Below the pieces are notes generated by a model. The model ran no database searches, was not told the origin of the DNA, and saw nothing but the letters and a program-made list of their open reading frames with translations. A DNA stretch of 63,866 nucleotides, the filler included, from Octopus bimaculoides (lineage: Eukaryota), in NCBI RefSeq assembly GCF_001194135.2. It is 6 parts of 6 records of this genome, joined end to end, with 100 filler letters (N's around TTAATTAATTAA, not from the genome) between each part and the next. Parts side by side here need not be neighbours in the genome. Positions count along the whole stretch, not along the records: positions 1 to 19,909 come from NC_068995.1; positions 20,010 to 44,752 come from NC_069005.1; 4 more parts are not named here. One strand, given 5' to 3'. The position numbers and the translations under genes were made by a program. Below, in pieces: positions 13,783-42,530 of this stretch (its first letter is position 1; the number at the start of each line of letters is the position of its first letter).

Positions 13783-15850
13783 NNNNNNNNNNNNNNNNNN
13801 NNNNNNNNNNNNNNNNNNNNNNNNNNNNNNNNNNNNNNNNNNNNNNNNNNNNNNNNNNNNNNNNNNNNNNNNNNNNNNNNNNNNNNNNNNNNNNNNNNNN
13901 NNNNNNNNNNNNNNNNNNNNNNNNNNNNNNNNNNNNNNNNNNNNNNNNNNNNNNNNNNNNNNNNNNNNNNNNNNNNNNNNNNNNNNNNNNNNNNNNNNNN
14001 NNNNNNNNNNNNNNNNNNNNNNNNNNNNNNNNNNNNNNNNNNNNNNNNNNNNNNNNNNNNNNNNNNNNNNNNNNNNNNNNNNNNNNNNNNNNNNNNNNNN
14101 NNNNNNNNNNNNNNNNNNNNNNNNNNNNNNNNNNNNNNNNNNNNNNNNNNNNNNNNNNNNNNNNNNNNNNNNNNNNNNNNNNNNNNNNNNNNNNNNNNNN
14201 NNNNNNNNNNNNNNNNNNNNNNNNNNNNNNNNNNNNNNNNNNNNNNNNNNNNNNNNNNNNNNNNNNAAAACGATGGGTTTTTTTCCTTATGGGGTTTTTT
14301 CACGCTGACTACCTGATAAATTCTTATAAAGATTTTATCCTATATTATATTATATATATATAGCTACTGTTGTTTATAGTCCGAGGATGACATCTCCTCC
14401 AAGTAGCTAACGACACACTGTGTCCGATTAGTATTTGCGAAGGGACATCATCGTTCCTATCTCCAGCCTTACGTAATGCACAGGGATCCGGCTTTCTGGA
14501 TTGTAACCCGTCATCAGCTTGTGACTACCAATAGCTAGGATATAAAACCCATTCCAAACGCAAAATACTATAATACAACAATAAATCTCGCTCAGGGTGC
14601 AAACAGTTACTCCGCACTGCTTGCAGGATTGGACTTCTTTATCCCATATGTTTGAGGCTGGTAATAAACCAGTGAGAGAACAACGGAGGAAGGACAATCT
14701 TCCCTCTTCTGTGCCTCAGAATTCCTTTCAGGATACTGGCTGCTCAAGTTCCTGGTCCCACAACATCCAATGACCCTGGTGGGATGTACCTACTGCCTTC
14801 ATCGGTCAAATTACTCAGTTGAATCACAGATCCTTTGCACTATGAATCCGATAGAATAAGTATTAGGCTTACAAAGAATGAGTCCTGAAATCGATTTGTT
14901 CGACTAAAGGCCGCACTCCAGCATGGCCGCAATCAAACGACTGAAACAAACGAAAGAAAAAAAAATATATATACATATACATATACATATTGATATATAT
15001 AAAAGAATTCATAATGCAAAATAAATACTTTGTCCAGAGAAATCAATTACCTTAATTGTATAAATATACGCATGTATATATGTATATTTATCCACCTGTA
15101 TCTGTATGTGACCGCATACGTTAAAACATACACCTCCACACATACACACATGTATACATACATCCGCCCTCACATAATAATAACAAATATACTGCACCGT
15201 CTTTGGCTAGATATCTTTATGACACACGCTAAAGGATATCCATAGACGTATATACATGTAGGTATGTAGGCATAAAGGCAAAAACAAAAACATTTAAAAA
15301 TACAACGGATATAGACTGGTACAGACGAGGAAGAACAAGAGAGTTCTAGAGAACTTCTACTCCAATACGACTACAGTAAATTTTCAGTATCATCTGCATT
15401 AATTTTTTATCATTTTATTTTGTGGTCGTTTTCGATTTTATTTTCATACTTTTTGATAATTTGGTTTGTTATTTCCATCTTTGAGCACGTATATTCTTTA
15501 TTATCTGATGTCCTGATGTGAATTTGATATTGCATATTTCATACTGAACTTTGGCCTGTTCTTTTCCCGTTTGCCATTGAACAGCATACCAAATTTACTT
15601 CCCCAGAAATGATAGATGTCTTAGGAAACACAAAACAACGAGCCGACGACAACGCGCCTTTCGCCTCTATTAATACAATAGCGGGAGGGTAAAGCGCATG
15701 GGGTTGCTGGTGGCTTCGAACAAACACGTTCAAGTGACTCGAGTGTGTTTCAGAGGGAGTCAGGGGCAGCTTTTATTATTTTCGTAAATCCGGATGAGGT
15801 GATGGTACTGGTGGTTCAATGGAAGGTAAGCTAATAATAACAACAATAAC

Positions 15851-15897
<47 letters not shown>

Positions 15898-17502
15898 ATA
15901 AGGAAATAAATATTTTTAACAACATAGTGTTCTCCGATTTATCTTATAATAATATTTGTTTACTTATTGAAAACTTACATCTCCTTCGGTGGAAATCAAC
16001 ATAATATAACAATAGACATAAAAAAACGATTTTCTGAAAAAAAAGTTGTCATTCCATTTTTATTCACCACTTCATCTATTTTTATGTTTTAGTTAGTTTT
16101 TATCCTTTTATGATTTATTTTCGCTTTATTCTACAATATTTTATTTCTTTTCTTCACTTCACATTGTATTTTCTGAGTATAAAGAGGTCTACGAAAATTA
16201 GATTCCATGCTCTCTTGAAGGTAAACTTAACATTGATTTCTTAGTTCAAAACCTAATGTCGTTATGCATTCTATCAGAAACCACTGGTATGGTAATGAAA
16301 AGAATAGATGGCATTATGTATGTATGTATGTATGTATGTATGTATGTATGTATGTATGAATCTATGTATGTCTGTATGTATCTATGTATGCATCTATGTA
16401 TCAATCAATCTATATATATATATATATATATATATANNNNNNNNNNNNNNNNNNNNNNNNNNNNNNNNNNNNNNNNNNNNNNNNNNNNNNNNNNNNNNNN
16501 NNNNNNNNNNNNNNNNNNNNNNNNNNNNNNNNNNNNNNNNNNNNNNNNNNNNNNNNNNNNNNNNNNNNNNNNNNNNNNNNNNNNNNNNNNNNNNNNNNNN
16601 NNNNNNNNNNNNNNNNNNNNNNNNNNNNNNNNNNNNNNNNNNNNNNNNNNNNNNNNNNNNNNNNNNNNNNNNNNNNNNNNNNNNNNNNNNNNNNNNNNNN
16701 NNNNNNNNNNNNNNNNNNNNNNNNNNNNNNNNNNNNNNNNNNNNNNNNNNNNNNNNNNNNNNNNNNNNNNNNNNNNNNNNNNNNNNNNNNNNNNNNNNNN
16801 NNNNNNNNNNNNNNNNNNNNNNNNNNNNNNNNNNNNNNNNNNNNNNNNNNNNNNNNNNNNNNNNNNNNNNNNNNNNNNNNNNNNNNNNNNATTATTATAA
16901 TATCTATAATAATTATTACCTATACGGCTTTTTTACCCCCATGCTGGCCACTTCATATGTTCGTTATTCTAAATTATTGTTTATCCTTTGTATATATATA
17001 AAGATGAAAGACAGAGAGAAAGACAGAGAGAGATGAGAGAAAGGCTAAGAGAGATTGCTTATTATATTCATGGTATTTATTAGTACCGGTTATTAGTCTG
17101 CAGCTCCTCGTGGAATGTTCAGAACCTCGGGGTTTTTTTTGGGTTTTTTTTTTGCTTCTCTTGTAATACCATTCAGTTCCGTTCTAGTTTTATCACGGCC
17201 ATGAAACTGCAGCCGCAGAACGTGACATATCACTATTTTACATTACATGTCTGTCTGTTGTTCAGGTGCTTACCTGTCTTACCATCTATCAAATGCTTAC
17301 CTGCTTACCATCTATTTTTCCTCTATGGCACTACTTTAATTATAGTATTAACAATTTTAAAGTCGCTACGTTGCAATAAATGTATTTAGGTGCTATGTCT
17401 AGCATGTCAAGCAACAGAGAAGCTCACTTGTTTGTCCGCATTTGCTATTGCTCATGCCGTCACTGATTTATGAAGTTGTGAGCGTTCCATTTCTGAACTC
17501 AC

Positions 17503-17647
17503 CGCTTTGTTTTCCTGCGAAATCTCTGTCTGATACGTACGACATTCCACCATCTCCTTGTTATCAACGTTCGGATGAGATTCAAGAGAGAAATTGCTTC
17601 CTGTATGTAATCATTCGAACCAGACGAGAGCCGTTTCATCCGTAGAC
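17503..17647 (-). other. Candidate minus-strand exon (145 nt) of an unidentified transcript
   Basis: ttttcttatatctattcag|GTC...GCG|gtgagt; one frame is open throughout (LRMKRLSSGSNDYIQEAISLLNLIRTLITRRWWNVVRIRQRFRRKTK). No homology recognised. Confidence 0.3.
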
Positions 17648-19909
17648 CTGAATAGATATAAGAAAATTTGCAAGCTGCTAGTAACTTCATCGAATAAAGA
17701 TAGAAATGTGATGTTCGATCATTGTCACCTACCCGGTACGGTACCACTCTACACGGTCAGAATTATATATTTCTCTAGAAATTTCTTTGTGTATATTTAT
17801 GTATATGTATATACGTGTTTGTGTTTGTGTGTGTGTATGTGTGTGTGTGTGGGTGTGTGCGTGCGTGCGTGCGTGTGTGTATGTGTGTGCGTGCATGTGT
17901 GTGTGTGTGTGTGTGTGCGTAGGTGTGTGTGTGTGTGTTTGAGTGTATGTGTATTTGTACATGACTGATAAAAATTACGAGTAGATGCATCAGTATTTAA
18001 AAAGAAAAAAGAAAAAAGATCTGGTTTACCAGTACCGCTTAGAATTTCGCTGATTTATTTTAATCTGTCAGAAACCTCTGTAGAGCACAATTTCAGTCTC
18101 TTCTGCATTTTGTAATTTAATAGTGCTTTGGCAGAATCGGTAAAAATAGGCATATTTTTTTTTATTTAGTTACCTCTGTTTATGTTCTGAATTCAAATCA
18201 CACCGAAGTGAGTTATGTCTTTTCATTCATTAGAGGCCAATAAAATATAGCACCAGACGGGTACTAGGGTTTCTCTTTCTTAAAATTCCTATCCTGTGTA
18301 TAAATCAGAAATCATATATTAATTAATTTAAATTCATTGATTGTCTCACCTGTCGTTGATTTCGACTAGAAATAAATCATTAGGATAACGATGTATTTCT
18401 CTAACTAGGAGTACAGTTTTAATTAACTATATTTCCTGGCTCACTGCCTTCCTTTTATTAGCGTTTGCTATTTATATGATATAATGCTTAATTTTCAGCG
18501 TGACATTCCGTGTAAAGTGGTGCAACTCAATTTTACTCATAAAGCGTTTTACTTACCTCCTATATCGCTCTTCACTTACGACGTCTTATCATAATTCTAA
18601 TATGAAAACACATCAATCATAATTCATGACACGCTTTCTAACTATTTTTCTGGATCTATTCTTCTGTGGTTTCCATTCACTTTCTGTAGTTCTTTTGACA
18701 AACGCCTCCAGAGATTTTTAAAGAAATTATTTAGACGTCTATCTGAAAGACTTTATATAAACGATGACTTATCGAAAAAGCTGTCTGTTAATAAACAGCT
18801 TATTACTAAATGTTATAACAGCGGTGTATATGAAGCAAAATGCAATTGCCAGAACTCATATATATCTCACATTTTTAAAACTTCTCATGAGACTGAATCG
18901 AATTTGTGGTCTTCTATATTCTACAGTGTAAAAATATTATTTGATTCAACATTTTATATTTCTCCATTTTACTTCCATCAATGCTTATCATTACTATATA
19001 TTTTCCAGTTCGAGAACTTGGTATTTCATTATCGAAACACGTAACGTCACGTTGAAAGTTAAGAATAATATCACAAAGAGAACCAAGAATTATATCTAAT
19101 TAAAATTACTTGTTTTGCGCTATTTTGCTTTCTATCGTCCTCGGCTGAAACTACTAAACAAAACCACGTACCATGTTATCCATTGTTATCCAACATAATA
19201 CGTGTACCCTTATTCCAAAGCAAGGTAATAGAATAGTAGGTAGATCATTGATTACAACTCCTTGCTGTATTTAGTTAATATCAATCTACAGAATAATTTT
19301 CTTTCTCATTCACAACATATGAATTGGTAGAGCATAAAAACAAATTTACTTGTGATATTTAGTTACAAAATTTGGCATTCAAAGTTCAGATTTTACCATG
19401 GATGAATTTGTATGACATGAAACAGCAGTCATTGATGTATAACATACAATAACATTTTGAATTTCTATGATTCCTATTTTTCCTCTATCTAAAAGTTGAG
19501 GCACATGACAATATAGAATTCGTTTTTTGCGATTAATATTCACCAAACTGGTGGCTGCCGGCTGGATAAAATAAACTTGCAAGACAGCTGTCTCTTTCAA
19601 CATATACTCTGAAAACAAAACACGTATTAGAAACGTCATGATGTCCTGGATAGTTTAGTCTACTGTAAATTGGTATATATTTTCCTTAAAACCTTTCATA
19701 ATACAAAGATTCGCTTTGTTTATTTAGGTCACATAAAGAGAGAATACAGGTCCAATCAATTTCATGATTAGCGAAAGATCAATGTTAGTAAATGAATACC
19801 TGGATTAAACGAATTAAAATCGTCTTTGTTAAGCCCATGTGCGTTTAGTTAGCATATGTATGTCTGTTTGCGTATGAAAATGTGCACATGTGTGTGTATG
19901 TGTGTATGT

Positions 19910-20009
19910 NNNNNNNNNNNNNNNNNNNNNNNNNNNNNNNNNNNNNNNNNNNNTTAATTAATTAANNNNNNNNNNNNNNNNNNNNNNNNNNNNNNNNNNN
20001 NNNNNNNNN
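19910..20009. other. Artificial 100-nt contig spacer (44 N, TTAATTAATTAA, 44 N)
   Basis: The same layout occurs at five places; TTAATTAATTAA places stop codons in all six frames. Confidence 0.95.
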
Positions 20010-20354
20010 TAAAAGAAATGGAAAAACTTTCAAAATACAAAGACCTGGAAATAGAGATAACTCGAATGTGGAATCTAAAAACAGAAACAATTCCTATCAT
20101 AGTAGGTGCCTTAGGTATAATTAAAAAATATTCAGACAAATACATAACAAAAACACCAGGACTTACAAATATATATAACATACAGAAAATTGCACTACTG
20201 GGTACTGCACACATTCTACGCAAAACACTTTCAATACAGTAAACATAAGAGCACCACAGCAAACCACAGCACATACCCAAGGCGCACAGAGCTGCGCTCA
20301 GTAGTGAAGTGAAAGCACGTTATAAAAATAAAACTACTGAATAATAATAATAAT
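20010..20354 (+). mobile_element. 3' end of a non-LTR retrotransposon with a restriction-like endonuclease (Dong/R4-like) and a (TAA)n tail
   Basis: KEMEKLSKYKDLEIEITRMWNLKTETIPIIVGALG...IQKIALLGTAHILRKTL* fits the EK..KY.DL...PI.VGALG REL C-terminus. About 100 nt of 3' UTR is followed by ataataataataat. Confidence 0.8.
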
Positions 20355-21394
20355 GACTTCATTTATTTGCCACAAGGGTGAAGGATGAGGGGACAATACA
20401 AAGGTAGACATAAAGTGTGTGTGTGTGGGGGGGTTACATATAATGAAATGATAAAAAAAGGTAAGTATACATGGTATATACTGAAAAAGAAGGGACATGT
20501 ACATAGCATACAAAGGTTTAAAAAGAAGGTGGTGGGGGAGGATGATAGAGATGTAGCCCTCTTGATACAGGAGGACCTCTAGGGATAATCAAGGAACCTC
20601 ACTCTTTGAAGCTTCCCTGAACACTTAGAGTAAGTGCCCTTTCCAGTTCCTTCTGTCTGACTTACAGGTCTACACTGAGAGGAGTAATAAGGATAATAAT
20701 AATGGTTTCATAACCTTATTACAAGATGACTTATTTTGAGAAAAAGAGGTACATTAGTTTGTCTACCTTTGTGCTTGGCTGGCATTTGATTTGTAGACCA
20801 TAGCTAAAAGAGGTAAAATAGGTAGGCAATGTGTTTTGTTCCCTAAGGATTCTATCTCTCACAAATGGTAATCATAAAAAAGAACAAGAAGTAATTAGGT
20901 GTCAGTGTAGACCAGAGTCTGTAGAATATTTGTGTTCCTTTGCTTGTTAGGCTTACATCTGTTTTAAGCCCAAGGACTCATAAGGCCAGAGCTTAACCTG
21001 GTTTCGCCGGCTTATAAGTGACTAAGATTACAACACTCTCCTCTGAATGGGACGATGGTCTGTCACAGAGTTAACTTACCAGATATTGCTGGGGCTCATT
21101 TACAGTTGAGTGGACTGGAGTAATGTGAAATAAAGTGTTAAGCTGAAGAATGCAGCACACTGCCTTGTCTGGGAATCGAAACTATGATCTGACAATCATG
21201 AATGTAATACCCTAACCACTTTAGCCATGTGCCTTTCATGGTAAGATTTCAATATTTTCTGAAGGGATTACAATGCCAATATTATTTATCATTTAGCAGG
21301 GCTAGGAATATATTCTTGTATAGAATATTATACTTCTGTGGTAGACTGATACACATAGACAAAGAGGAGGCAACTCTCTCTCTCTCTCTTTCTC

Positions 21395-21430
<36 letters not shown>

Positions 21431-22322
21431 ATGCAGTAATTCCTTGCCATATCGCAGTTCACCTGTCGTGCAGTCAGTACTATTGTATTTCTATTAAAAT
21501 ACACTGCATTTGTTTCAGTTAATTTTGAAAATAGTGAAGAATTTAAGTAAGCAAGTTAGTCATTACTAAACCATTTTAGTTATTTTTGAAAATATGAAGA
21601 ATTTATAGGTGCAGGAGTGGCTGTGTGGTAAGAATCTTGCTTCTGAACCTCGTGGTTCCGGGTTTNNNNNNNNNNNNNNNNNNNNNNNNNNNNNNNNNNN
21701 NNNNNNNNNNNNNNNNNNNNNNNNNNNNNNNNNNNNNNNNNNNNNNNNNNNNNNNNNNNNNNNNNNNNNNNNNNNNNNNNNNNNNNNNNNNNNNNNNNNN
21801 NNNNNNNNNNNNNNNNNNNNNNNNNNNNNNNNNNNNNNNNNNNNNNNNNNNNNNNNNNNNNNNNNNNNNNNNNNNNNNNNNNNNNNNNNNNNNNNNNNNN
21901 NNNNNNNNNNNNNNNNNNNNNNNNNNNNNNNNNNNNNNNNNNNNNNNNNNNNNNNNNNNNNNNNNNNNNNNNNNNNNNNNNNNNNNNNNNNNNNNNNNNN
22001 NNNNNNNNNNNNNNNNNNNNNNNNNNNNNNNNNNNNNNNNNNNNNNNNNNNNNNNNNNNNNNNNNNNNNNNNNNNNNNNNNNNNNNNNNNNNNNNNNNNN
22101 NNNNNNNNNNNNNNNNNNNNNNNNNNNNNNNNNNNNNNNNNNNNNNNNNNNNNNNNNNNNNNNNNNNNNNNNNNNNNNNNNNNNNNNNNNNNNNNNNNNN
22201 NNNNNNNNNNNNNNNNNNNNNNNNNNNNNNNNNNNNNNNNNNNNNNNNNNNNNNNNNNNNNNNNNNNNNNNNNNNNNNNNNNNNNNNNNNNNNNNNNNNN
22301 NNNNNNNNNNNNNNNNNNNNNN

Positions 22323-22354
<32 letters not shown>

Positions 22355-25018
22355 AGGGTTTGCCTTTCTTTCAGTAAAGATTTCTATTTGAAAGTTGTTC
22401 TTTTTTGTTTTTTCTCTCTTAATGTTGTCAGCTTTCTGTTTCCCTTGCCTCAGTTCAATGTCTGTTATTCTATCTTTAAACTTCACGTACATTTACTTCT
22501 ATTGCTGATAGTTTTATTGCTACTGTTATTGTTATTCTATCTGAAATCCTAGTTTGTCTGACTATTACAGTGATGTCAGGCATAATTCAATACATCTCAA
22601 ATTATAATTTATTGTTGTTCACTAGTCATTTCTTTCTTTGCAATTAAATAATTTACTTTCTATATTTTTAAATATGTTATTTGCCTTACATTCTTCCTAT
22701 CTATCTATCTGTCTGTCTTTCTAAGATAATATTGATTTTTTTATTATTATTATTGATAATGATTCCTTTCATTTATCAGAAGGCCATGTTTTGTATTGAA
22801 ATGATAATAAAATGAGAGTCTATTTATGTAGTGCATTTTTATTTAAGAAGTAAAATATATGTCATTATAATACTTACATAAATACATACGTCGTTATATT
22901 ACTTACATAAATACATTTTGGTAAATAGCTTTCATCATGAGGAAAAAAAAACTTTCCAAAAGACAAAACCTTTTTCACATGGAATTTTATTGTAAGAATT
23001 CTCTTTTTTTTTCTGAATGTTTTAAAAATATATATTTACTGCAATATTTAAATTTAATTGCAAATTACATCCTATGCACTTTGTATCCTCAATGTGTACC
23101 CAGTCATACAAAGAATAATATGTATATTTGTCTTGTTCAAAGACAGACATATACAGAAAACTTCTTCAATTTTAGTATCATTTAAGTCAATTTGTCAATT
23201 CTTTGGTTACTTTATGAATTAAATTGGGGAAAAAAAAAAATATATATATTCCGTAATTGATATTGGATCAAAACTGAAGACCATCTTCCTGTTGTGCACC
23301 AGTGTAAAATTGATCTGGTGAAACCCACCATTTTCCAAGAAAATGACTATCAAAATTATGTAGGCATAGATATGGCCCTGTAGTTAAGAAGTTTGCTTCT
23401 CTCTCATTGTACACTCTGGTGGTCACAACGATGGAGGTTCCAGTTCATCTGGTCAACAGAACATCCTACTCATGAAATTAGCATGTAAGTGGCTGAGCAT
23501 AACACAGACATGCATGCCCTTAATGTAGTTCGCAGGGAGATTCAGTGTGGCACAGAATGTGACAAGGCTGCTCCTTTGAATTACAGGTGCAACTCGTTTT
23601 TGCCCACTGAGTCAATTGGTACAATGGAAAATAGAGTGTCTTGCTCAAGGACACAGTGAACCACCAAGAAAAGAAACCATGACCCTTTGATCATGAACTG
23701 AATATCCTAATCACTAAGTGACACTCATTGTACGACATCTTAGATAATTGCTTTCTATTATATCTCTGAACTGACCGAAGCCCTGTGAGTGGATTTGGTT
23801 GATAGAAACTGAATGAAGCCTTTTGTATATGTGTGCGTGCATGGGTGTGTGTATGTATGTGTTTGTGTCTTTTTGTCTTGGTAGAAACCTGGTAGTTGTG
23901 AGTGAGTGTCACCATCATATAAACTGTGTCTTTTGCTTTCAATCTTCTGTGTAAGAACATCCAGCCATGGAGAAATATTACGTTACTTGGAAACAAGTAA
24001 GGGTTGGTGACAGGAAGAGCATCCAGCCATAAAATAATTTGCCTCAACAAAGTCTTTCTGACCTATGCAAGCATGGAGAAATGGAAGTAAAATTTGTGAT
24101 GATAGCGAAGCAGAAGGGCTCTAGGTATGAGTGCAGAATGCCAATAGTCTGTAGCTCTCTTACAATAGACTTACTGTGTCTTCAACAGAAGTAAAATACC
24201 AACAGCTAATATATTAATATATCATTGTTTGGTGTTTACCACAGGCAATGGATGGTGTCTGTTTTTGTGAAAGAGATTTAATTCTGAAATATCTTAATCC
24301 GGTGGTGTTCCAGCATGACCACAGCTGCATGGCTGAAATGAATAAAAGAATGTCTATTTACAGCTATTTGCAGTCATTCTAAACAGCAACAATATTGAAA
24401 CATAATGGATATTGAGTTATTTCTGTAGATGGAATGAGATTCAATCTGCCAAGCTGATTTCCCTTATAAATACAGTTGTTGACTTGATGTTTAATATTAG
24501 AAAACCTAGCTGTGACAGAAATATTCACAATTTAAACAAATTTCTTTTATGCTTTGAGTGTGTGGTAAAAAGAGGTGAGAAATCTCCTGATTGGCTGTTT
24601 CACAATTTGTTCGCTATTCCTCAGAGAAGATATACGTAGTTTCCTTTTCCTAATCAATACTATAGAACATTAAGTTGTTATATAAAACAGTCATAGGTTA
24701 TCACCATGGTGGATCGTTTACCATATTGAGGACCTACTCTCTCTCCCCTGCACAAACGTCTCAAAAAATTGCCCTGAGTCTATATGAAAATTTGAGCCTG
24801 TAGTACATGCTTAAATGCACTAAAAACTTATTCTCCTGAATATGTGCTATTGAAATTGCGGTACATGTAATATACCTGTGTGTCTTTTATGCCATCAAAT
24901 GAAGTAATTTGCATATTTGTGCTTTGTGAGTAAGAAGCTTATCATTGTATAAACAATATATTTACTTTGTACACAACACGGTATGAATCAGAGGGACTAA
25001 GATGAATTTAAATACAAT

Positions 25019-25084
<66 letters not shown>

Positions 25085-25110
25085 GTAGAATAAAAATAGA
25101 AAGTCCTTGG

Positions 25111-25409
25111 TACAGTATTATATATTTGAAAAAATGAATAGAAATGGTAATTTTTCCACTTTAATAAATTAGATGTTTTTAATTTTACAAAAGGTGACTG
25201 AACAGTTTTGGGGCTATTTGTGCCCATCTACATTGGTGAATACCCGACTGCTAGAGATCTAGTGGTCAGGTGTTCACCACTGAAGATGGGCACAATTAGC
25301 CCAAAACTGTTTGGTTACTTTTTGTAAAATTATAAACATCTAATTATTAAAGTGGAAAAATTGTCAGAAAAGCCATTTCTATTCATTTTCTCAAATATAT
25401 AATACTGTA
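25111..25409. repeat. 299-bp fold-back palindrome (two arms of about 150 bp, 2-nt loop)
   Basis: tacagtattatatatttga...cgactgctaga GA tctagtggtcagg...tcaaatatataatactgta. The arms align with scattered transitions and one indel of about 10 nt. Confidence 0.9.
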
Positions 25410-25692
25410 TCGATGACTTTCTATTTCTTATTCTATTATATATATATATATATATATGCACCAAACACCTCTTTGAGAGGATCTCTCAAGGTTAATAACG
25501 CAGTATTCAGTGTTCTAACAGAACATCTGTGTTAAGTTGGGTATAAAGATTACCTTTTGGTATTCTGTCATTAATAATTAAAATATTTATTTATAGGCAT
25601 AAGGCCTGAAATTCATGGGGTAGGGGATAATCAATTACATGGTGATTGTTTTACATGTAATGATGTGTTTCTGTTATTTCATTTTCTTATAG

Positions 25693-41603
<15,911 letters not shown>

Positions 41604-41651
41604 GTAAGTTTTTTTAAAAAATTCTTTACTAGTATTAATAACTACTACTAC

Positions 41652-41687
<36 letters not shown>

Positions 41688-42530
41688 GAATAAGACTTTT
41701 TTTTTGTTTATTTTTGGTGTTTGTATGCTGCACTCTTTTTATCTTTCTCTTGGATGCTTGTCTGTGGTTTTTGTTCTTTTTCTTTTATTTTCTGCAACAT
41801 CATTGTTTTCTTCTCACTCGTTTCTCTTTCATCCTCCTTTTCCTTCTTCTCCTTTCTTTTTCTTGTTTCTCCTCTGACTTTTCATTTTCTTCTCTTTACT
41901 CTATTATTGTCTTTCTTTTCACATTCTCTCCCCTCTTTCTCTTACTCTTTCTCTCTTCCCTTCCCTCTGCCCTTTCTCCTTCCTGTTTAACTATTTTCTT
42001 TCTATCTCCATACTTTGTCATCATTCCATTTTCCCCTTCTTTCCTCTACCCACCTCTTCTCTTTTATTTACATTTCATGTCTCTTCCCTTCCTTTTCTTA
42101 AGCTCTGTCCCTTTACTTCTGACTCTATATCTTTAACTCTACTTCTCCCAACAAAACCTTTATCTCACATTCATTTGTCTGTCCCTGCCTCTTTCTCTAC
42201 TTTTCTACTCCCACTCTCTCTCTCTCTCTCTATACTCCTTGTGATTTTTTAAAATATCCATCTGATTTCTTATTATTTCTTCTTTCTTCATCCTTACTCT
42301 TCCTTTCTTCTTTCTGCTTCCTTCTCTGAACCTCTCCTCCCTCTTTCATCCTCTCATTTTTAACACTTTTCTGACTCTCCTTTGAGCATTTGGCACTTCT
42401 TTGATCCTCTAGCTCTTTGACTTTCTGACTCTTTCTTTGACCCTCTATCTCCTCATTGATCCTTTGACTCTTTCCCTGAACCTTAGGCTCTTCTTTGACC
42501 TTGTGACCCTTCTTCAATCTTTGGGCTGTT

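Noticed and set aside
14345-14830. Possible solo LTR (TATAAAA near 14541, AATAAA near 14580)
   Set aside because: I could not define TG...CA termini, a PBS or a target-site duplication.
15640-15826. Possible first exon ending ATGGAAG|gtaagc, as the kinesin start
   Set aside because: No kinesin-like peptide in any frame (KIF1 proteins start with the VKVAVRVRP motif) and it lies on a different contig.
19954-19965. TTAATTAATTAA islands as conserved homeodomain sites or a biological repeat (also 44797, 50209, 58645, 61799)
   Set aside because: Each is centred in exactly 44+44 N and is a six-frame stop linker added during assembly.
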